A DNA stretch of 64,000 bases from a virus. This document shows, piece after piece, positions 28,513 through 35,735 of the stretch. Under the pieces are notes generated by a model, which saw only the letters and a list, made by a program, of their open reading frames with translations, had not been told where the DNA came from and made no database searches. The position numbers and the translations under genes are program-made. Positions within the stretch are counted from its first letter, which is position 1; each line of letters begins with the position of its first letter. The stretch spans positions 43,455-107,454 of the IMG/VR virus record IMGVR_UViG_3300032242_002636. One strand, written 5' to 3'.

Positions 28513-28517
28513 AAGTA
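28512..28517 (+). promoter_or_regulatory. candidate late promoter variant TAAGTA
   Basis: 16 nt before ATG 28534; divergent from the uvsY promoter. Confidence 0.35.
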
Positions 28518-28523
28518 TCTTAA

Positions 28524-28551
28524 ATTATACATTATGTTAAATAAATTTCAA
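28524..28551 (-). promoter_or_regulatory. sigma70-type promoter for the uvsY-uvsW-55-47-GT operon
   Basis: TTGAAA-N16-TATAAT, 11 nt before ATG 28512. Confidence 0.6.
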
Positions 28552-28809
28552 GTATTAGTTAAAACTATTTTAGAGAATATGAATGCTGCTGGTGCTGGAG
28601 GTGCTTTTGGTACTCCACAACAGGCAGTTTATGATCCTGCAAATCCTGTAAGTGGAAATACTTATGCTCCAAATGACAATCGTAATGTTACTGGTGCATA
28701 TTTTCCTGCTAAAGGAACTAAGAAAGGAACTAAGAAAGGTAAAAATAAGAATAAAAAGAAAGTAAAACCTTTGGTTATTCGTAGAACTCTTCAAAGGAAA
28801 ACTTTTTAA
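28534..28809 (+). CDS. small basic protein, candidate head-internal protein
   Basis: N-terminal KFQVLVKTILE motif, Gly/Ala linker, Lys-rich tail with a duplicated AAAGGAACTAAG. Confidence 0.6.
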   Translation: MLNKFQVLVKTILENMNAAGAGGAFGTPQQAVYDPANPVSGNTYAPNDNRNVTGAYFPAKGTKKGTKKGKNKNKKKVKPLVIRRTLQRKTF

Positions 28810-28826
28810 TAAATATAATATATTGA

Positions 28827-29768
28827 TTAACAATATTGCCATTTATATCCATATGCAGTTTTTCTTTTACCTAAACATACTCTGACTATTGCTTGATATT
28901 TTGCGTTGTTATCTTTAGCTGCTTCTTTTATAGAGTTATATTCCTTTAATAAATTTCCATTTAAATCTATTTTTTTAACTTTTGTTTTATTAAAATTATG
29001 CAATTTTTTTAAATGATTTATAATTTTTATTGTTTTTTTGGGTGATTTTCTGTTTATATGTTTTCTACCAGTATTTAATTTTCTAAAATAAATCGACCAT
29101 TCTTTTTTTGTTTTTTGTGGTTTTTTATTTTTAATTTTTATTTTTTTTTCTTTTTTAATTTTTATTTTATAATTAAAATCATTATTGTTTTCAAATTTAA
29201 AAATAAATTCATTTTTGTATAGTTTATTATATTCATAAAAATTGTTTCTAAAATATACATCAGAGAATTTTTCAATTTTATACATCTCAGTCATAGATGA
29301 ATATCTTTTAATTAAATTACCATACAAATCTGTTTTTAGTATTGGTTTTAATATTTTTTTATATTTTCCTAATCTATGGTTTTCTTTGTTTTTTAAACTT
29401 ATTTTTATCTTTTCTTCTTTTGTCATTTTTCGTTTAATTGGAGGTTTGTTTCCTCCTTTATGTAAATTTAAACCTATTTTAGAACCATTTAAAACATTTG
29501 AATTGTATTTTTTAATATAAAAAATTTCTCTTGAGTTTAGATCAATTTCATTACATTCTTCTAAAACTTCAAATTTATGGTTAATATACCCATATTTTTT
29601 AAAAGATTTAAAAATTAAACTGTTTTTATTTCTTTTTTTATAACAATCATAGTCTCTCTGAAAATATTTATAAGAATTCCATCTAGAACATATGTTTTTT
29701 GATTGTCCTATATAAATTTTATTATTTGGTGATGTTATTTTGTATATTCCCGTTATTTTTTTCATCAT
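28827..29768 (-). mobile_element. free-standing GIY-YIG homing endonuclease with C-terminal NUMOD1-like domain
   Basis: GIYKITSPNNKIYIGQS, R, E and N catalytic pattern; EYNSIKEAA...VCLGKRKTAYGYKW. Very AT- and Lys-rich. The likely start is the second ATG (29765). Confidence 0.9.
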
Positions 29769-30210
29769 TGTTACTTATACATGAAACCATATTTTCGTAA
29801 TATTTTTTTAAACTTTTTGGAGGACGGTTAATTCTAACATTTAAAATTCCATTATATGTATCATCTCTAAACAAAACATTATTTTCTATTTGTAATTTTA
29901 ATTCTTCATATTTTAGTTGCCACTTACAGGTACATAACTTGAGTATTGTTCTTTTAAAGTTTTCCTTACCATGTTTTTTAACATCTTTTTTCAATTCTTC
30001 ACTACTACCATAGTAATCTTTCCAATCTGAGTCGCATATTTTTTTTCTTTTTCTTTTAAATCCTTTCAAAGGTTTTAATTTTATTGTTTTTTTTAACATT
30101 TTACATCCCCAATAATATTTTTTTTCTTTTTGTTTTGCATTTAATCTTTCGATCAAATAGACAAAACCAAACCAATCTTCCAAATTATCAGGTATATTTT
30201 CCCATTCCAT
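29722..30210 (-). CDS. GIY-YIG-like nuclease family protein (start revised to MEWEN at 30210)
   Basis: FGFVYLI...YYWGCK; DWKDYYGSS; GKENFKRTIL; YNG. Confidence 0.75.
   Translation of the reverse strand: MEWENIPDNLEDWFGFVYLIERLNAKQKEKKYYWGCKMLKKTIKLKPLKGFKRKRKKICDSDWKDYYGSSEELKKDVKKHGKENFKRTILKLCTCKWQLKYEELKLQIENNVLFRDDTYNGILNVRINRPPKSLKKYYENMVSCISNNDEKNNGNIQNNITK
29772..29779 (-). promoter_or_regulatory. candidate late promoter TATAAGTA for the homing endonuclease
   Basis: One mismatch to T4 TATAAATA, 6 nt before ATG 29765. Confidence 0.5.
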
Positions 30211-30215
30211 ATTTG

Positions 30216-30231
30216 TACTTATAGGTAAATA
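30216..30231. promoter_or_regulatory. back-to-back late promoters TATAAGTA (-) and TAAATA (+)
   Basis: Each lies exactly 5 nt before its ATG (30210 minus, 30237 plus). Confidence 0.6.
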
Positions 30232-30236
30232 TAACA

Positions 30237-30797
30237 ATGGCTAATACATCTTGCATCTATTGTGGTTCTTCTTCATATGGAAAACCATGTCTTTTTTCTC
30301 CTACCGAAACACATGTTCATATGGATGAACCCGGTAAGTGCATCTATTGTGGATCTCCTTATATAGGAACAGGTTGTATATGGAATCCTTATGGAAATGT
30401 TCATGTAAGAGGGCCAGAATATCTAAATAGAGCCTCTGTACAGAGTGAAAAAGCTGCTGTTTTATCATATATTTTCAATATTGCTAGTTCTCTTTTATCT
30501 GAAGAACATTCTTATACTTCTCCTTTAGATAGATTATATAAGAGAATGGCTTCTATCATTGCTTCCGTAACAGAACCTCTTCTAGAGGCACTCTGTCTTC
30601 AAGAAACACCTACCTACGGAAAGCTCTCAAAGCCAGAACTCATAAAAACTGTAGAATTTAAAAACAAATTTAAAAAACAGTTGGAAGAATTTTCTGAAAC
30701 TTTAAAAGAAGCTTCTTTGGCTTTACCACAGGAAATAGTTGAAAAAACATTAATAGATGCTATAATGAATCTTGATGTTAGAAAAAACAAAGATTAA
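30237..30797 (+). CDS. hypothetical protein with duplicated Cys/His Zn-binding repeat
   Basis: CIYCGSSSYGKPCLFSPTETHVH and CIYCGSPYIGTGCIWNPYGNVHV. Confidence 0.7.
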   Translation: MANTSCIYCGSSSYGKPCLFSPTETHVHMDEPGKCIYCGSPYIGTGCIWNPYGNVHVRGPEYLNRASVQSEKAAVLSYIFNIASSLLSEEHSYTSPLDRLYKRMASIIASVTEPLLEALCLQETPTYGKLSKPELIKTVEFKNKFKKQLEEFSETLKEASLALPQEIVEKTLIDAIMNLDVRKNKD

Positions 30798-31257
30798 GGA
30801 TTTCCTAATCTATTATATTTCACAAAGAATTATAATATTCCCAATATATGAGTATCTTCCTATACTTGCGAATACTATTATAAGAGATTTTCAAGAGTGG
30901 GATCTATTAGAAGGTAAGAAAATTACTCAAAAAGAGAAATACTTTAAATATTTCTTAGAAAAAGAACTTGACAAAATATTAGAAACGTTTATAATATTAT
31001 TTAGGGACCTTAATATTAAAATTATTACAGTATATAAAGAAGTATTACTAAATTCAGAATATTCAGAATTCTTCATAAATTATGAAAACTTTAGTAAAAT
31101 TGTAAAGTATAAAATAAAGAAAAAAACCAAGTACTTCAGGGAAATAAAAAATGATTCTCTATTTCTCAATACTAAAGGATATTATAAAAATATAAGAGTA
31201 GGAATACCTAGTGGAGAAGACCTTGAATTTTTTATTAAACTTAATAAATTAAAATAA
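30772..31257 (+). CDS. hypothetical protein
   Basis: 161 aa, fills the gap between neighbours with coupled stop/start. Confidence 0.65.
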   Translation: MMLEKTKIKDFLIYYISQRIIIFPIYEYLPILANTIIRDFQEWDLLEGKKITQKEKYFKYFLEKELDKILETFIILFRDLNIKIITVYKEVLLNSEYSEFFINYENFSKIVKYKIKKKTKYFREIKNDSLFLNTKGYYKNIRVGIPSGEDLEFFIKLNKLK

Positions 31258-32186
31258 TGGACAAATATTCAATTTTTCATATCGATGGTGGTTGTGGTAA
31301 ATCAATAGTAGGTACTTCTGTTGTTAAATCAATAAAAGCAGCATATCCTGAAAACAAATTAATCGTTGTAACAGCATATCCTGAAGTATTCCTTCATAAT
31401 CCTAATGTTTTTAGAGTATATAAATTTGGAAATATTGCTTATTTTTATGATGATTACATAAAAAATAAAGATACTAAAATTTTCAGAATGGAACCTTATC
31501 ATTCTGGTGATCTTCTTTACAAAAAAAAGCATTTAGCGGAAATATGGTGTGATGTTTTTAATATTCCCTGTGTAACCACAAAACCAGAAATATTTTTAAC
31601 TGAAAGAGAATTAGTTTCTGTTAATAAAGAATTAAACAAACAAGGTCCAGTATTGATTATTCAATCATCAGGAGGTGCTGAAAATCAAAAATATCCTTAT
31701 TCATGGTCTAGAGATTTACCTTCTAATACTGCACAAGAAATTGTTAATGAAGTTAAAGATAAGTTTAGTAAAGTCCTTCATATAAGAAGAAATAACCAAT
31801 TAGAAATTAAAAATACAATTCAACTTTCTGATAATTTTAGAAATCTTTTTTGTTATATTTTCTTAGCTGATAAATTCTTATGTATGGACTCTTTTGTTCA
31901 ACATGCAGCAGCAGCTTTTAATAAATCAGCTACAGTTGGATGGATTTCAAATTCACCTGTTGTATTTGGGCATGAAATTCATACTAATATAATTGCATCA
32001 GGAGAAGAATCATTCCGTCATCGTATTGATTCATATTTAGAATCTGAAGATTGGACAGGTGGAAGGCTTTATGAATGTCCTTATGATAATCTTTCTACTA
32101 TTTTTAATAAACAAGATTTTATAGATTCTATTTTAGAAACAAAAAAAGAATTGCTTTTTCAAGAAAATCCAACTATAATATTCTAA
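31257..32186 (+). CDS. GT9-like (heptosyltransferase-fold) glycosyltransferase
   Basis: IDGGCGKSI; YPEVFLHNPNV; SRDLP; MDSFVQHAAAAFNK (DSxxxHxAxA motif of GT9); VFG. Confidence 0.75.
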   Translation: MDKYSIFHIDGGCGKSIVGTSVVKSIKAAYPENKLIVVTAYPEVFLHNPNVFRVYKFGNIAYFYDDYIKNKDTKIFRMEPYHSGDLLYKKKHLAEIWCDVFNIPCVTTKPEIFLTERELVSVNKELNKQGPVLIIQSSGGAENQKYPYSWSRDLPSNTAQEIVNEVKDKFSKVLHIRRNNQLEIKNTIQLSDNFRNLFCYIFLADKFLCMDSFVQHAAAAFNKSATVGWISNSPVVFGHEIHTNIIASGEESFRHRIDSYLESEDWTGGRLYECPYDNLSTIFNKQDFIDSILETKKELLFQENPTIIF

Positions 32187-32187
32187 C

Positions 32188-33006
32188 ATGATATTTTTTA
32201 ATTCCTCAATGCCGAGAAGTATGTCAACGCTTCTCCAATGTATTCTTAATCAAAATCCAGACATAGCAGCAACTCCTACCGATCCTGTTTTGGAATATCT
32301 TTTTGGTGCTAGGTTGAATTATACAAATACACCAGAGGTTAAGGCTATGGATAAGGAGTTAGCCTTGAGAACATGGAGAGGATTTTGTTGGGGAGGATTG
32401 GAAGGATATGCAAATGCTTATTCATCCAAAGAACATCTTTGTATCAAGACAAGAGGAGGAACAATTCATTATAAATGGTTTGAGGCTTTCATGCCAGAAA
32501 AGCCAAAAATGGTTTGTATGGTTAGAAACCTTAAAAGTATTATTTCTTCAATGGAAAAAATCTATAGAAAGAATCAAGAATCCCATCAGGCAATTCAAAA
32601 TCACTCTGAAATGAAAGGAACCAATACTCCAAAGCGTGTTGATGCTTGGATGGCTTCTCCACCAGTAGGAATGGCATTAGAACGCTTACAGCAGTGCTTC
32701 CTAGAAGGTATCAATAAAGAAGTTCTTTATATTAGAGCCGAAGATTTAACTTCCTATCCACAAAGAGAGATGGATAAGATTTACAAATATCTTGGATTTG
32801 AATCTTTCCAACATGATTTTGATAATGTTGAACAGAGTATTAAAGAAGATGATTCTGTTTATGGATTAACTTCTGATCTTCATACTATCAGACAAAAGGT
32901 ACAACCTTTAACAAGCGATTATACACAGATTTTAGGTAATCAGGTATGTGATTGGATTGATAACACTTATTCTTGGTATCAGAAGGGATTTGGTTATATT
33001 AAATAA
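32188..33006 (+). CDS. sulfotransferase family protein
   Basis: 5'-PSB-like loop SSMPRSMSTLL..ILNQNP; 3'-PB-like MVRNLKSIISS; RAEDLTSYP. Confidence 0.85.
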   Translation: MIFFNSSMPRSMSTLLQCILNQNPDIAATPTDPVLEYLFGARLNYTNTPEVKAMDKELALRTWRGFCWGGLEGYANAYSSKEHLCIKTRGGTIHYKWFEAFMPEKPKMVCMVRNLKSIISSMEKIYRKNQESHQAIQNHSEMKGTNTPKRVDAWMASPPVGMALERLQQCFLEGINKEVLYIRAEDLTSYPQREMDKIYKYLGFESFQHDFDNVEQSIKEDDSVYGLTSDLHTIRQKVQPLTSDYTQILGNQVCDWIDNTYSWYQKGFGYIK

Positions 33007-33074
33007 CTAAATAATCACTTATAAAGATATTTTAGTATAAATTAATCTATAGATATATTATTATTTGTATATAA

Positions 33075-33080
33075 TAAATA
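33075..33080 (+). promoter_or_regulatory. candidate late promoter TAAATA
   Basis: 12 nt before ATG 33093, in very AT-rich DNA. Confidence 0.35.
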
Positions 33081-33092
33081 TTATCAGATTAA

Positions 33093-34970
33093 ATGCATCT
33101 CTTTACAACATATTTTAAATCTACTAATCAAGAAAGACAAAAAGAACTTGATTTTTGTATTAAAAAAAATTGCTTAAATGACATTATATCTAGAATAACT
33201 ATTTTTCTAGATAGTAATACAACAGAAGATGATCTTTATAATTTGGGATTAGATTTAACAAAAATTGATTTTGTTAAAATAAATAGACTTCCAACATATA
33301 AAGATTGGCTTATTAATGGAATTAATTCAAATGAAGAGTTTTTAATTTTTTCTAATGCAGACATTTATTTTAATGAAACACTAGAGGAAATTAAAAAATA
33401 CCCATTAAATGAAAAAGCAGTAATGTGTATTAGTCGTTATGAAGAAACCATAAACGGAATTGAAAAAACAAAATTTTCATTTTTTTCTCAAGATGTTTGG
33501 ATAATAAAAAGAAAAAACATACCATCTATAACCTTTATAGATAATTTGAATATATCTACAGGTGTTGTTAGATGTGACAATAAATTTGCTTATTTTTTTG
33601 CATCTAATGGTTGGGATTTATATAATCCAGTAGAACATATAAAAGTCATACATAGACATGAATCAAATATAAGAACTTATGATTATTATAGTAAAGAAAA
33701 TACTGGTTCTGTAGCATTTGTAGAAGAAAGTCACAATTATATGCCTTCTGAAGTTATGGTTAGAAACGCAAATGTTAATAATCTTAACTCTAATTATAGT
33801 TCTGGTGAAAATATTCCTTTTAATATTAAAACCTATATACATAGAGCTATTATTAATAGATACATTATAGCTAATGACTATGAAAGTTTAATAAAATATA
33901 CACAAGAAGAAAATAGTCCCAAATTGCTTTCAATGGTAATGGAACATTTAGATAAGCATAATGATTTGAACTTTGTAGAAATATGTAAAAATGCTTTACA
34001 AAAAAATAATACAGATATTAAAAATAATTTTTTTAAACCTATTTTAAGTCATTATAAAAAACAACATTTGAGTGGTTGGGGAATTATTAATTGTGAATTA
34101 GAAAATTTTAGTACTACAACTGATGCTATAAATTTAGTAAGTTTTCTTTCTCAATCTTATACTTTATATAATAATAGAATTGAATTTAAACAAACTTTAA
34201 GCAAACCTTGGATCGGTATAGAACATCTAACTAACTATATACCAGAATATTACAATTTTGAAAATAATTCTCATAAATTATTTCAGAATATTAAAGATAT
34301 TGGAGTTCTTGATACATGCAAAGGAATACTTTTTACCTCAGAAACTCAATTAAAAAATCAAATAAACAATCTTTTTTTAAATAATATAAAAAAAGATTTT
34401 ATCTATCATCCTATTATTAGATGTAATTCAAGTATAGATTTTAATTTTAATTTGTTTTTAAATAATAAAAATAAGCAATTGATAAATTTGGGTTGGTATA
34501 ATAGAAACTTTACAGTTTTTGAAAAATTACAAGTTCAAGATTATAAAAAAATATTTGTATTTGGAGGAAAAGATAGCAATTATAGATACAATATATTTCA
34601 AAAAGACTTGCAATACCATAATATTGATAAAGTGACAACAGAAATCGCTCCACATTTAAAGGATAATGAATTAAACGAATTATTATCCAATAATATAGTC
34701 TTTATTAATTTATATGATGCAGCAGCAAATAATGCTATTTTAGATTGTATTGAAAGATCAACACCTATAGTTGTAAACAGATTACCTGCTTGCGAAGAAT
34801 ATCTTGGCAAGGAATATCCTCTTTTTTATGATACTATAGATCAGGTACAAGATTTACTTTCTTTTGAAAAAATATATCTAGCTCATTCGTATTTAAAAAA
34901 TATCGATAAAACAAAATTTACAATGGAGTCTTTTATTACAAAGATAAATCAATTTGTTGAATCATTATGA
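33093..34970 (+). CDS. two-domain glycosyltransferase-like protein
   Basis: N-domain FSNADIYF, SQDVW, CDNKFA, H-x-H (GT-A-like); C-domain VFINLYDAAANNAILDCIERSTPIVVN..A.EEYLG (GT-B-like). Confidence 0.55.
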   Translation: MHLFTTYFKSTNQERQKELDFCIKKNCLNDIISRITIFLDSNTTEDDLYNLGLDLTKIDFVKINRLPTYKDWLINGINSNEEFLIFSNADIYFNETLEEIKKYPLNEKAVMCISRYEETINGIEKTKFSFFSQDVWIIKRKNIPSITFIDNLNISTGVVRCDNKFAYFFASNGWDLYNPVEHIKVIHRHESNIRTYDYYSKENTGSVAFVEESHNYMPSEVMVRNANVNNLNSNYSSGENIPFNIKTYIHRAIINRYIIANDYESLIKYTQEENSPKLLSMVMEHLDKHNDLNFVEICKNALQKNNTDIKNNFFKPILSHYKKQHLSGWGIINCELENFSTTTDAINLVSFLSQSYTLYNNRIEFKQTLSKPWIGIEHLTNYIPEYYNFENNSHKLFQNIKDIGVLDTCKGILFTSETQLKNQINNLFLNNIKKDFIYHPIIRCNSSIDFNFNLFLNNKNKQLINLGWYNRNFTVFEKLQVQDYKKIFVFGGKDSNYRYNIFQKDLQYHNIDKVTTEIAPHLKDNELNELLSNNIVFINLYDAAANNAILDCIERSTPIVVNRLPACEEYLGKEYPLFYDTIDQVQDLLSFEKIYLAHSYLKNIDKTKFTMESFITKINQFVESL

Positions 34971-35719
34971 ATAAGGTACTTTTATTAACACAAGCAAGAC
35001 ATGGATCTACATATTTTATAGATAATTTATTTAAAAAAGGTAATATAGAACAATTTTATATGGAGTATGAATTATTTAAAGAATTTTATTTACAAGACCA
35101 AGATGGACTTTTAGGTTTTGTAAAAAGACATTCCTTAGTAAATTTTGAATTTGAAATTATACAATTAAAAAAATTAAGAAAAACAAATGAAAAAGAATAT
35201 TTTAATACAATTTTTAAAATGTTAGAAAAAAATGCAAAAGAATATAATACTAAAAACTATGGTTTTAAAATTTTTCCTTCTCATGTTTATGGAATGATAG
35301 GAAATAATAAAATAAATTTACAAGAAATAATTTCATTTGTAGATAAAATTATTATTTTAGACAGAGATGATATTGAATTTGCTTATTCATTTGCAAATGC
35401 TATTGTGACAAATAAATGGTCAATTTCTCAGAGACACGAAAAGAAAAGAGTTATTTTAAATAATGAGCAAATAAATAATATTATCAATCAAATTAAATTA
35501 AAAAAAAGATTTTTTGAAGAAGCAAAACAAATAATAAAAGAAACAAATAAAGATTGTTTATATTTACATTATAACAATTTAGGCAAGTCTTATAAAGACA
35601 TTAATAAATTTTTAAATATTGATTTAAAGACTTGGATTCCTTTTGAAAAAAGGAAATATGATTATGAATCTTTTTTAAAAGATAATCCAACCTTGTTAAA
35701 TTTTTTTTATAAAATATAA
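34967..35719 (+). CDS. sulfotransferase-like protein (Stf0-like)
   Basis: LTQARHGSTYF PAPS-binding loop; GFKIF; ILDR...AYS...A..T.KW. Confidence 0.7.
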   Translation: MNKVLLLTQARHGSTYFIDNLFKKGNIEQFYMEYELFKEFYLQDQDGLLGFVKRHSLVNFEFEIIQLKKLRKTNEKEYFNTIFKMLEKNAKEYNTKNYGFKIFPSHVYGMIGNNKINLQEIISFVDKIIILDRDDIEFAYSFANAIVTNKWSISQRHEKKRVILNNEQINNIINQIKLKKRFFEEAKQIIKETNKDCLYLHYNNLGKSYKDINKFLNIDLKTWIPFEKRKYDYESFLKDNPTLLNFFYKI

Positions 35720-35735
35720 AATTTTTAGTTCTTAT

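Noticed and set aside
28827-29768. Group I intron around the homing endonuclease
   Set aside because: No interrupted gene (the downstream neighbour is on the opposite strand) and no non-coding room for a ribozyme core.
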